Assembly (NCBI GenBank): GCA_018433925.1 | Contig: JAHDQI010000037.1 | Span: 1 to 53,447, forward strand | Direction of reading: 5' to 3' | DNA from: Phycisphaerae bacterium | Lineage (GTDB): Bacteria > Planctomycetota > Phycisphaerae > Sedimentisphaerales > Anaerohalosphaeraceae | Length of the DNA: 53,447 nt | Part shown: positions 44,223 to 53,249 of the stretch, piece by piece | Position numbering within the stretch: position 1 is the first letter of the stretch | Layout of the letters: every line of letters starts with the position of its first letter | Translations under genes and position numbers: made by a program | The notes under the pieces: generated by a model | Databases searched by the model: none | The model's input: only the letters and a program-made list of their open reading frames with translations | Told to the model about the DNA's origin: nothing

Positions 44223-45395
44223 TTATTGATCAGCGCCTGAACATCGTACCAATCGGTCCCTGCCCTCCGTCAGCCATTCGAGAGTAAACCGCGCAAAGGC
44301 CAGATTCATCCACCCCGCCGGACGCGTGCCCCGGTCCCGCGTAAACGTTGCGTCGGTGGACGTCTCATACAAAACGCCGATCGTCCTGTCGTCCAGAACA
44401 ACGAGGCAGGAATACCCCGAGGCTCGCGAACAGATCCGCCGTGAGATGGGCCAGGTTTTGCCCTCATCGTAGCTGAGCCTAACCGTCAGGTTGATTCGCT
44501 TGCTCACATCCGCCGGGTTGGAAAACAAAAGCCGGTTCTTGCTGAAGGCCGGGACATGCGTATACCGAAGAATGCTCGCCTGACAGACCGGGCACGGCAG
44601 TTGCGGTTCATCCGCCGGTTCCGTCCAGGTCAAGCCGCCGTCCGAGCTGAACGCGATCGCGCGGCAGCCCTGTTTTCGATAACTCCTCATGTTCATCATC
44701 AAATCCCCGCCGGCAAGCTCCACCACCTGCGCCTCGTCCATATGAGGGCCGGTTTGTCCTCCGATCTGCCAGGTCTTGCCGTGATCGTCGCTGTAAATGA
44801 CATAAGCATAGCTTCCGTCCTCCGCCCCGCAGTTGCTCGGGATCATCAGTCGACCGCTCTGTGTCTGAATGCCGACGCCCGGTCCGTGCGCGATGGTGCC
44901 CCACTCGGTTTTTTTCGTCATCGAAGTAATTTCAATCGGATCGGTCCAGGTTTTCCCGTCATCATCACTGTAGATTATCCAGTCGGTAGCGCTGTCCTGC
45001 CCCAATCCCCTAACAGAACTGTCATAGTTTTCCGGGAACAGTTCATAGACAACAAAAATCCGTCCGGTTGTACGATCCTGAACCGGTGTCGGATTCATTG
45101 CCGCCTTTGGCATGGCTTTGACAAGGCAGACCAGAGAACTCCAGGTTTGCCCCCGGTCTTCGGATCGCTTCATAACCAGATCCGTTTGAATTTTATCCCT
45201 CCAGGAGGATCGCCCCTCGCAAAACGCCAGCAGGGTGCCTTCTTTCGTCATCAGTATCGAAGGCACCCGCAGCGTATTGTACCCCTCTTCGCCGCTGAGA
45301 AAAACATTCTGCTGGGTAAAAAACATCTCCGAACCGGAGGCCGGACAGCAGGCCCCCAAAAATAGACTCAGTGCGGACAGAAATCCTCTCTTCAT
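44223..45395 (-). CDS. Exo-alpha-sialidase (GH33), probable lipoprotein
   Basis: The signal peptide has a lipobox-like LGAC. The RIP-type motif is LRVPSILMTKEGTLLAFCEGR. Five Asp-boxes are SEDRGQTWS, SDDDGKTWT, SDDHGKTWQ, SSDGGLTWT and SYDEGKTWP. Confidence 0.9.
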   Translation of the reverse strand: MKRGFLSALSLFLGACCPASGSEMFFTQQNVFLSGEEGYNTLRVPSILMTKEGTLLAFCEGRSSWRDKIQTDLVMKRSEDRGQTWSSLVCLVKAMPKAAMNPTPVQDRTTGRIFVVYELFPENYDSSVRGLGQDSATDWIIYSDDDGKTWTDPIEITSMTKKTEWGTIAHGPGVGIQTQSGRLMIPSNCGAEDGSYAYVIYSDDHGKTWQIGGQTGPHMDEAQVVELAGGDLMMNMRSYRKQGCRAIAFSSDGGLTWTEPADEPQLPCPVCQASILRYTHVPAFSKNRLLFSNPADVSKRINLTVRLSYDEGKTWPISRRICSRASGYSCLVVLDDRTIGVLYETSTDATFTRDRGTRPAGWMNLAFARFTLEWLTEGRDRLVRCSGADQ

Positions 45396-45425
45396 AAAGC
45401 ATCCTTTCTCTTTCCAGGACGGTGA

Positions 45426-46349
45426 CTATGCCGTGATGATATGTCCGTTCAGCAGCCGTTCAAACAACCCGCTTTCGTCCAGCTTTCTTTTCAGCAGTCG
45501 AATCTGGTTTTCCTCCAGCCCTTTCAGGGGCGGCCGCGGGGCACCGCAATCGATTCCAAGCAGGCCCATGATCGCCTTGCCGCCGGGCAGCACCCCGAAT
45601 TCAAACAAAATCGAGAGCAGCCGAAAAATCCGGTCCGAGGCCTCCCGGACGCCCCGGTTGTCATCATTAGAAAAGGCCTTAATCAGCGACTGATACAGCG
45701 GGGCTGCGTAGTTGTACGTGCTTCCGACAGCCCCGGTGGCGCCCAGGCTCAAAGCAAGCAGGAGCTGCTCATCGTTGCCATAAAAAATCTGAAATCGCCG
45801 GTTATCAAAATGCAGACACTGATAATATTCAACGATATTCATCGCCGTGTATTTCAGACCGGCCATATGGACGATCCGCTCGGCCGCTTTTTCGAGAAAT
45901 TCCACCATCGAAAAATCAACCCCGGTAATCGAAGGAATGTGATAAAAATAAAAAGGCAGATCGTCGGCGCTGCTGGAAATCTTTTGGCAGTAGGCAACCA
46001 AATCATCCACATGAGCCGGCTTGTAATACCCGGGCGCATTGGCCGCGATGCCAGCCGCGCCCAGGCGGCAGGCGTGCCGCGACAGATCCGAGGCATCGAC
46101 AATGCTGTTGTGTCCGACGTGGATGATAATATCCAGTCGATCCCCGGCGGTTTCCATCCAGCAGCCAGCAATGTCTTTTCTTTCCTGGGTCGACAGCGAC
46201 GAAGACTCGCCCGTCGAGCCGCAGACAAAGGCGGTCTGAATCCCGTTTCTCAGCAGAATCTCCGCTTGTTTTTCTATGGCCCGGAAGTGGACCCGGCCCG
46301 ATGCGTCAAACGGGGTATGAACCGCAGCGATCAATTTGAATGTTTTCAC
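45426..46349 (-). CDS. nanA: N-acetylneuraminate lyase (DapA/NAL family)
   Basis: Colinear with E. coli NanA from memory: VCGSTGESSSLS (GSTGE), YHIPSITG, GLKYTA (Schiff-base Lys context) and GSTYNYA. Confidence 0.85.
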   Translation of the reverse strand: MKTFKLIAAVHTPFDASGRVHFRAIEKQAEILLRNGIQTAFVCGSTGESSSLSTQERKDIAGCWMETAGDRLDIIIHVGHNSIVDASDLSRHACRLGAAGIAANAPGYYKPAHVDDLVAYCQKISSSADDLPFYFYHIPSITGVDFSMVEFLEKAAERIVHMAGLKYTAMNIVEYYQCLHFDNRRFQIFYGNDEQLLLALSLGATGAVGSTYNYAAPLYQSLIKAFSNDDNRGVREASDRIFRLLSILFEFGVLPGGKAIMGLLGIDCGAPRPPLKGLEENQIRLLKRKLDESGLFERLLNGHIITA

Positions 46350-46359
46350 AGAAACCTCA

Positions 46360-48450
46360 TCAATAAATAAAATCTGCTTCGTCAGTCAGCCATGCAACAT
46401 CAAAAAGGGCAAATCGTATCTTTTCAATAGAAGACGTCTGCCCGCATTCATATAAAAGACCGATGGTTTTGTCCGGCAAAACCGTCAGGCACGAATATCC
46501 GGCCGGCCCGGTCTGTAGGGTTTTGGCCACCGGCCAGCTCTGCCCTTCATCGTAACTCATCCGAACCGTCATATTGACACGATGAGAACCGGAGGCCGGA
46601 TTGCTGAATAAAATCCGATGGCGATCCTCGACGCCCTGCTTGGTAAAACGCAGAATACTGGCCTGGCAAACCGGTTCAATCAACTGCGGATCGTAGGACA
46701 CCGCGCTCCAAGAACTGCCGTAGGTATAACTATGCGAATACCGGCGCCCGTAAAGGCCGCCTTTGCGTATATTGTTGAGCAATACCCCTGAACTTAATTC
46801 CACCACCTGACTTTCGCTGCCGGCGTTGACATATCCCCCGATCTGCCAGCTTTGTCCGTGGTCGTCACTGTAAAAAATGTGATTGTTGCCCGTCGTTCCG
46901 CCACCGTGACTACACGGAATAATCAGGCGGCCGGCATACGGCCAGGCGGTGGTTTGAATGCCAACCCCCGGACCCAGGTTATAATGGGTCCAACTCTCCA
47001 GCTTGACCTGCGCGGTAATGTTTTCCGCCGCCGACCAGCTTGCCCCTGAATCATCGCTCCAGGTCGCCCAGACCGTGCACGACGAAAGGCCCAAACCGGC
47101 TGCCGGATTGTTGGAATCCCAGTTTTCGGGATACCGCGCGTGAAACAGCCAGATTCGACCGGTTGTTCGGTCCGCAACGGCGCAGGGATCCATCAGGGCA
47201 TGGTTGCCGTCATCCCGGACGGTTTGAACGGGCAACCAGCTTGTCTGGCCGGGCAACCGTCGGCGAAGGACAAGTTTCGTAGGCGTTTTGTCAGTGGAAC
47301 TGATTTTCCGGGCTTCAGCAAAAGCCAGAATGGTTCCATCATCAGCCGTCACCACGGCCGGAATCCGGTACGTATGAATGCCCCCCATTCCCTGCCAGAA
47401 AAGGTCCGTTTGAACCGGCGGCTGAGCGGGATGCCGAAGAGCAGGAATCTGCTCGGCCGGCGTAAGCCAGTCAGAGGCCAATTGAACTGCGTCTTCCAGA
47501 TCCACCGTGCAGTCCTGATTGATGTCGGCCGGCGGATACACCCCAGCGATCTCAGATGAAACAGACCAGTCAGCGGCCAGCCGGGAAAAGTCTTCAAAAT
47601 CCACGGCAAGGTCCTGCGTAATATCGCTGAGCGGATAGCTGTCCGGCTCGCAGGGGCAAACAGGCTTTATCGAATAGGCCTCCATTAAAAAAGTCTCGAT
47701 CAGGACTCGGTCCGGATCGCTTAAAGCGTTCTGATAAATCACGAATTCGGCCAGATCAAACTGGCCATAGTAGCTGCCGAGGTAACGATTACCGATGCGC
47801 AGGCCCCCCAAGGCATGAGAGCCGCCGTGGCCGACCTGCTGCAAAATTCCATCGATATAATGGGATGTATCAGTCCCGTCGAAGACAATCGTATGAACCG
47901 AAAGCCGGTTTAGCCGAACCGCCGCCGAATACAACACCGCCCCTGCCCCGGTCATCCAGGTGCCCGGATAGACGGCACTGCCGACGGCCAGAAAATGCCG
48001 CGAATCGGAGGAAAGCCCGTCAAAAATATATTCGTTTTTATAATTTCTGGTATCGACAACCAGAAAGAAGGTGCTCGGCTGGGCCAGCATCTGCGAAAAA
48101 ACCGAATCCAGAAAATCGTCTATTCCGTCAAATCGAACCACCGGCCGGCTGCCCCAGACCCCCTCCAAGTACACGGGACGGTTTGCGGCCGTCGCCTGCA
48201 GCGCATGATGGCCGGCTCCCGAACTGTCCGCCCAGACGGCCGCCGGACCCCGATCCGTTGCCGGCTGAGTCATCCCGATGTCCGCATAAACACCGTGTTC
48301 CGCCTGAAGATGCAGGTGCAAGGAGCCGGAAGCCGCGGCCGGGAGCGAACCGCCCCAAACCCTCCCGGCACACAGGAAAACCAGGCAGAAGAACGACAAA
48401 AAACATCCGCCCGGATGCAGGCAAGGCCGTTGGGTCAATAGGGATACCAT
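46360..48450 (-). CDS. LamG domain + internal dockerin-like pair + GH33 exo-alpha-sialidase
   Basis: Signal peptide is present. LamG motifs are DSSGAGHHALQ and DLAEFVIYQNALSDPDR. The internal segment SDITQDLAVDFEDFSRLAADW is followed by ADINQDCTVDLEDAVQLASDWL. The sialidase has YRIPAVVTADDGTILAFAEAR and Asp-boxes SDDSGASWS, SDDHGQSWQ and SYDEGQSWP. The ATG at 48450 overlaps the upstream gene by 16 nt. Confidence 0.85.
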   Translation of the reverse strand: MVSLLTQRPCLHPGGCFLSFFCLVFLCAGRVWGGSLPAAASGSLHLHLQAEHGVYADIGMTQPATDRGPAAVWADSSGAGHHALQATAANRPVYLEGVWGSRPVVRFDGIDDFLDSVFSQMLAQPSTFFLVVDTRNYKNEYIFDGLSSDSRHFLAVGSAVYPGTWMTGAGAVLYSAAVRLNRLSVHTIVFDGTDTSHYIDGILQQVGHGGSHALGGLRIGNRYLGSYYGQFDLAEFVIYQNALSDPDRVLIETFLMEAYSIKPVCPCEPDSYPLSDITQDLAVDFEDFSRLAADWSVSSEIAGVYPPADINQDCTVDLEDAVQLASDWLTPAEQIPALRHPAQPPVQTDLFWQGMGGIHTYRIPAVVTADDGTILAFAEARKISSTDKTPTKLVLRRRLPGQTSWLPVQTVRDDGNHALMDPCAVADRTTGRIWLFHARYPENWDSNNPAAGLGLSSCTVWATWSDDSGASWSAAENITAQVKLESWTHYNLGPGVGIQTTAWPYAGRLIIPCSHGGGTTGNNHIFYSDDHGQSWQIGGYVNAGSESQVVELSSGVLLNNIRKGGLYGRRYSHSYTYGSSWSAVSYDPQLIEPVCQASILRFTKQGVEDRHRILFSNPASGSHRVNMTVRMSYDEGQSWPVAKTLQTGPAGYSCLTVLPDKTIGLLYECGQTSSIEKIRFALFDVAWLTDEADFIY

Positions 48451-49277
48451 CGTCGATCCGAAGTATTGATGGTTTGGACGTAATTTCGGGTTTCTTTCCG
48501 GTTATCCACGTGACCGTCCCCGAACCCCAGGTTCAGATTGTCAAATTCCTCCGGCGGCCGGGGATCGGATATCCGCAACATGTCATCCCCCCAGTCATAC
48601 AAACGATCGGCCTCTGTAATGGTCACCGACCTTCGTACATGGGGAGCGTACCAACTGATATCGCGAAGCTGCAAAAAATCCGCCACGATGACATCCCGCG
48701 AAGAACCGGAGGTCTTCGGAGATGCGTTTTTAACGCTGTTTCCAGCCCGGCTCCAGTCCAGGTAAACCTCTTTAGAGGAATCGACGTCTTTGGGCTCGAT
48801 CAGCCCCCCAAACATCGAATAACCCATCGTATAGCCATTTGAAAAAACATAAAGAAACTGACTGAAATAGCGCTGTTCCTCATTGGGATTGCTGATCGAA
48901 CTGCTCAGTCCGGGATTGATGGCCCCGGCCTGGCTTTTTTTATTCCGCAGCGGACAAAACGCGAAATCCGAGCTGGTCGTTTCCCCCGTAATATAGTCCC
49001 GGAACATCGTCAAAACGGCCCGGTCCTCACCCGTCTTCCATACCTTATAGGGAGCCGCGTCGCTGACCCGGGTCGGGTATTTCCCCCAGGCCGTCGCATA
49101 GGCGTTCATCCCAGTGACAACTTGCTTGACGTTATTTCGGCAGAGAACCACCCGGGCCTGATATTTGGCCGTCCTCAGGGCCGGCAGCAAAACAGAAAGC
49201 AGCAGCGCGATAATGGCAATCACAACCAGCAGTTCAATCAGGGTAAAACCCGACTTTTCTGGATCTCTTTTGTTCAC
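48435..49277 (-). CDS. Prepilin-type N-terminal cleavage/methylation domain protein (DUF1559-like)
   Basis: GTG start at 49277 with AGGAGA upstream gives [34 protein letters not shown]. The C-terminal motif is GFGDGHVDNRKE. The ORF-track extension to 49745 overlaps the upstream CDS and has no pilin-like sense. Confidence 0.8.
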   Translation of the reverse strand: MNKRDPEKSGFTLIELLVVIAIIALLLSVLLPALRTAKYQARVVLCRNNVKQVVTGMNAYATAWGKYPTRVSDAAPYKVWKTGEDRAVLTMFRDYITGETTSSDFAFCPLRNKKSQAGAINPGLSSSISNPNEEQRYFSQFLYVFSNGYTMGYSMFGGLIEPKDVDSSKEVYLDWSRAGNSVKNASPKTSGSSRDVIVADFLQLRDISWYAPHVRRSVTITEADRLYDWGDDMLRISDPRPPEEFDNLNLGFGDGHVDNRKETRNYVQTINTSDRRWYPY

Positions 49278-49347
49278 CGTTTTTCTCCTGAAAAAAAGAC
49301 AGGTCAGGGCCGACTCGAAAAATCGACCCTGACGAATGGATATCCCT

Positions 49348-51000
49348 TTAATCACACTCCGGATCTCCCGGCCTCGTACACTTGAGCCATTCCTGAACAA
49401 AAACCGCAAGGTCGGAAACACCCACCACGCAGTTTTTATCAAAATCCATCTCGTTATACACGGTATAAGCCGCCCCGCATACCGGCCCGATCCCGTACTT
49501 GGTAAACAGCGACTGCTCCACACCTTGACGAACCGAATGTTCCAGGGCGCCTTCGTACATAAGGACTTCGGCCAGATCCCCTTCGAACAGATTGTCCGTT
49601 CTATTATACCGCGAACCGACTGTAAGCCCCTCAAACGGAAGATGCCCAATATAATCATATTCGGGATCGCCCGCGAAGCCGTCCACATAAATCTGTGAAC
49701 AAACGCCGTTGAAAACCAGAGAATAGACCTGCCAGAGGCCGACATCCGGCGTGTAACTACGCAGATAATACTCGGAATAAAGAGCCAGCGTCCTCGGGGA
49801 CCCGTCCGCCATAAACGCGCGGCGGTTGGTCACGTCCAGACCGTCCAGAATATACGTCGCCCTGTCATCGGCGCCGCGACGCGCCACAACGAATACCGTC
49901 GTCGGGGTTTCCGCGTCAATCAAACCGGCCTGCAGGGCGCTTTGCAGGCCGTTGGCGGACCCGTCAAAACGAATTACCGGCTGCGTTCCGGACAGAAAGC
50001 TTTCCGCCGCGAGAAGCGGCAGGGCCGGATCATCCTCCGAAGAGGATGGATTTGTGCCCAACAGGTCCATATCGCCGACCTGGTCGTTCCATGAGGTCAC
50101 ACGGCCGTATCCGTTGGCTGTCACGTCCATGCCGTCATAACGGGCAATCAGCGTGCCGGGACCGGTATTCGGACACGGACTCGGAATCGGGTATTTCTCA
50201 ACCAGAAATTGAAAAACGGCATCGCGGTCCGCCGCATCCAGCGCCCCCTGGTAAATAACCAGTTCGGCCACATCCATATCACTGTTCATCGTCCCGCCGT
50301 TATGAGCGCCCAGGTTCATCCCGGTGTTCAGACGGTTGGTTCCCACCGTTCCGCCTCCCATGTACTCCAATTCAGGAGGACTGGGAAGAACCTGCTTGCC
50401 GATATAGTGCTCAAGCGATCCGGAATTGAAAACCACCGCGTGAATCTGCAAAACCGTCTGCGTCACCTTGCTCGTATGCAGATTGGAGCCGGCCCAGAAA
50501 TACCATTCGCCGGGCTGCGCCGTTCGGCCGACCGCCATAACCTGGCGGTCAGTGCTGTTGATGCCGTCAAAGACATAGCGGTTGGTCGTCTCCCGCGTAT
50601 TCAATACGACAAAGAGTGTGTTGGGCTGCTCAAGCTGGTGAAAACCGGCCACATTGGGATCGGAAGCGTTTGGATCCAGGGGACCCGTGCCGAAAAAGAT
50701 GCTCAGAAAATCATCATCCCGGTCAAATTTCAAGGCCGGCATCCCGTCCGCAACGTTGGGATCCCAGATCGGCCTGCGCGCAGGATCAAGCTGCACAGCG
50801 TGGTGGCCGTTGCCGCTCCGGTCCTGCCAGAAACCAACGCCGTCGCCGATCCAAGCCGCGGTACCGTCCGGCTCCGTATAAACCCCGCTGTCAGCGCTCA
50901 AATGGGTATGCAGGATACCGCTGCCCACCTCGGGTAAAGCCCGGACAAGCGGACAGAAAACAAAAAAAACCGCCCCGATGAAAATCATTCTTTTTCTCAT
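49348..51000 (-). CDS. Secreted non-catalytic protein with two LamG domains and a C-terminal Cys-rich dockerin-like segment
   Basis: ATG 51000 with AGGAGAA upstream gives MRKRMIFIGAVFFVFCPLVRA. Motifs include DRSGNGHHAVQ, DVAELVIYQGALDAADR and GDLAEVLMYEGALEHSVR. The C-terminus is DFDKNCVVGVSDLAVFVQEWLKCTRPGDPECD. Confidence 0.8.
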   Translation of the reverse strand: MRKRMIFIGAVFFVFCPLVRALPEVGSGILHTHLSADSGVYTEPDGTAAWIGDGVGFWQDRSGNGHHAVQLDPARRPIWDPNVADGMPALKFDRDDDFLSIFFGTGPLDPNASDPNVAGFHQLEQPNTLFVVLNTRETTNRYVFDGINSTDRQVMAVGRTAQPGEWYFWAGSNLHTSKVTQTVLQIHAVVFNSGSLEHYIGKQVLPSPPELEYMGGGTVGTNRLNTGMNLGAHNGGTMNSDMDVAELVIYQGALDAADRDAVFQFLVEKYPIPSPCPNTGPGTLIARYDGMDVTANGYGRVTSWNDQVGDMDLLGTNPSSSEDDPALPLLAAESFLSGTQPVIRFDGSANGLQSALQAGLIDAETPTTVFVVARRGADDRATYILDGLDVTNRRAFMADGSPRTLALYSEYYLRSYTPDVGLWQVYSLVFNGVCSQIYVDGFAGDPEYDYIGHLPFEGLTVGSRYNRTDNLFEGDLAEVLMYEGALEHSVRQGVEQSLFTKYGIGPVCGAAYTVYNEMDFDKNCVVGVSDLAVFVQEWLKCTRPGDPECD

Positions 51001-51014
51001 GCCATTCTCCTGTT

Positions 51015-52106
51015 TTATGCTTGGCTTTTGGAAAGCTCCACCTCTATGGTGATGGTTTTGTTTCCATCCTCTTTTTTCATGCACTGTTTCAAAATATCTA
51101 CAAGCTTTGAAAGCTGATCTTTGATGCTCATTTTCGGCATCACACAGGGATATTTCCGGATGCTTGAACTGCGGAAGTGGCCCCCGCTGATCACCCCGAA
51201 ATCCTCCCCGTAAAACAGCCCCATCGACTGGGCCGTCTCCATGACAACATCCGCAAAATAATCGCTCCGGCAAAGAAACATCACCGGAGACTCGGCGTTC
51301 GACAAAAGCCGACGCACCTCCGATTCCGCGATATCCCGCAGCGTCGGAAGAGAACGCTGGCTGAAAGAACGCATGTTGATGCCCGCTTTTCCAAGCGTGT
51401 TGAGAATCGCATCCAGCAGAATATTGTCGCCTGAACGCCAGCCGCTGTACATTAAAAGGACAAAATTCTCAAACCCCGACTCAACCGCGTCCTGCGCCAT
51501 CAGTACCCCGGTCTGCGATTGATCCGCATCCAGCGAGGCCAGGTTCGTGATGCCGGGATACACGCTGCCGAAGGCCACGGCAGGAACCCCCTCAGAGGCC
51601 ACATAACGCTGCACCTCCTCGGTGCTCCGAATCAAAATCAGCCCCTCCGAATCCGCATGGGCCTTGATTTGCGGAAGAATCCGCTTCATGTAACTGTAGG
51701 GGTTGTCTTCCGGAACATAATGAACCTGTACCGCCGTGTTCGGCGATCCCTCCTGGATCGATTCAATAAACGCCATGTCCTTGATTTCCGTCAGATAACA
51801 GTAGCTCAGCGGCATAAAGATATGAACCACCCGGAGATAATCAGAGGGCCGGTCTTTCAGATCCGAGACATTCTCCCCGACAAAGGTCCCGCTCTTGCGC
51901 ATACGCATCAGAACTCCGTTTTCCGCCAGCAGATTCAGCGCTCGATGGGCCGTGACGGTACTGACCCCGTACATCTTGCCGATTTCGTGAGCCATGAAGT
52001 AACGATCGCCCGGCCTCAGTCCTCGGGCGGCCACGTCATTGCGAAGCTGTGAAACAAGAACGTCAAGTTTCGAGCTTTTGATCTTTTTGTCTTTGCTTTT
52101 AATCAT
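51015..52106 (-). CDS. GntR-family HTH regulator with C-terminal sugar-binding (PBP/LacI-like) domain
   Basis: The N-terminal winged helix is LRPGDRYFMAHEIGKMYGVSTVTAHRALNLLAENGVLMRMRKSGTFV. A PBP-like domain of about 270 aa follows. Confidence 0.8.
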   Translation of the reverse strand: MIKSKDKKIKSSKLDVLVSQLRNDVAARGLRPGDRYFMAHEIGKMYGVSTVTAHRALNLLAENGVLMRMRKSGTFVGENVSDLKDRPSDYLRVVHIFMPLSYCYLTEIKDMAFIESIQEGSPNTAVQVHYVPEDNPYSYMKRILPQIKAHADSEGLILIRSTEEVQRYVASEGVPAVAFGSVYPGITNLASLDADQSQTGVLMAQDAVESGFENFVLLMYSGWRSGDNILLDAILNTLGKAGINMRSFSQRSLPTLRDIAESEVRRLLSNAESPVMFLCRSDYFADVVMETAQSMGLFYGEDFGVISGGHFRSSSIRKYPCVMPKMSIKDQLSKLVDILKQCMKKEDGNKTITIEVELSKSQA

Positions 52107-52148
52107 GCCGATGCCATTCTCAAATAAATCACCTGGAAATACAAAAAA

Positions 52149-52907
52149 TTATCCCCGCAAGAACCTCTGCCTGCCGGACAGAATCAATCCTCCCAGACCG
52201 AACAGAATCATCGTCGCCGGTTCCGGAACATCAAAACGAACATAATCCAGTTCGTATTGGCCGCTGACCGCCCCGTCAATATCTCCCAGGTAGCAACGAC
52301 GTGGACTCGAGGTCCACGTCACGTCCAGCATATCGGCGACCAAGACCCCATCTCGATACAAAGAACTCTTGCCCGATTCCCCCGGGTACCGGATAATCCG
52401 GAAGGTGTGAAAATCGTCCGTGTTATCTCCGGTATTAATGAGAATATCATCCTCCCCGTCAACATACCACAGCAAATGGTCATCATTGATGTAAAAGACA
52501 TCGGTCAGAGCGCTGCCAGTCGGACTGATTTGGGCCTTGTAAGCGCCGGTGCCCGCTGTCCATGCCGTGATCTTGACCCGAAGCTCAAGCTGATATCCGG
52601 TCTCCGCTGTGATGGAGGCCACCGGCCAGATCCCCGCCCAGTTGTCATCATTAGACATGATCCCGCCGCTGGTCGCGCTGGTGTTAATCAGAATGCCGTC
52701 TAAAAGGGTAAAATGGCTTGAGCTGGTCTGAATCCAGTCTCGCAGGCCGTCGTTGTTTAGGTCCACATTGGCCGCATCCCACGGCAGATAGTCCATCTCG
52801 TACTTGTACGCGAAAGCTGACGAATCCGTCAACGCCGCCGCAGAAAACGACGAGACAACGGCAAGCAGAACCGCAACCGTAATGGTTTGAACATTGAAAT
52901 GTGACAT
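52149..52907 (-). CDS. Secreted LamG/ConA-like jelly-roll protein with PEP-CTERM sorting signal
   Basis: Signal peptide MSHFNVQTITVAVLLAVVSSFSAAA. A jelly-roll-like HTFRIIRYPGESGKSSLYRDGVLV precedes YELDYVRF. The C-terminus is VPEPATMILFGLGGLILSGRQRFLRG. Confidence 0.75.
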   Translation of the reverse strand: MSHFNVQTITVAVLLAVVSSFSAAALTDSSAFAYKYEMDYLPWDAANVDLNNDGLRDWIQTSSSHFTLLDGILINTSATSGGIMSNDDNWAGIWPVASITAETGYQLELRVKITAWTAGTGAYKAQISPTGSALTDVFYINDDHLLWYVDGEDDILINTGDNTDDFHTFRIIRYPGESGKSSLYRDGVLVADMLDVTWTSSPRRCYLGDIDGAVSGQYELDYVRFDVPEPATMILFGLGGLILSGRQRFLRG

Positions 52908-53249
52908 CTTTCATACCTCCTCGCAAACAAAGTAATTTTATTCAGTATACATAATTTATCCAACAGATTACTATGGAGCTTTCTTTTTCATTCAAAATCC
53001 TCCCATTTTGGTTTCTGGATCCATTCTATTCCTAAAAGTGCCAACCATTCATTTACCCAGCACATCAAGAGCATGTCATTAATGTATAGTTATAAGAACT
53101 TGTTGTCAATATTAAATTCTATAAAATTCATTTTTTTTTAAAAGGAGAACCATTCGACCAGGAAATATATCGTATGTATTTTATTTATAATAGTTTATGT
53201 GATAGCCGAAAAAAGAATGTCTACATGAGAAAAGAATTTTTTTTAACCC

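Noticed and set aside
45441-46370. 309-aa plus-strand ORF antisense to nanA
   Set aside because: It lies entirely opposite a motif-rich NanA gene (GSTGE, catalytic Lys context). Its translation is Arg/Pro/Gly-rich with no recognisable motif, which is typical of a shadow ORF in GC-rich DNA.
47865-48842. 325-aa plus-strand ORF (and nested 47995-48441) antisense to the LamG-sialidase and prepilin-like genes
   Set aside because: The translation is low-complexity and Pro/Arg-rich, there is no RBS or motif, and the opposite strand carries clear LamG, dockerin-like and pilin signatures.
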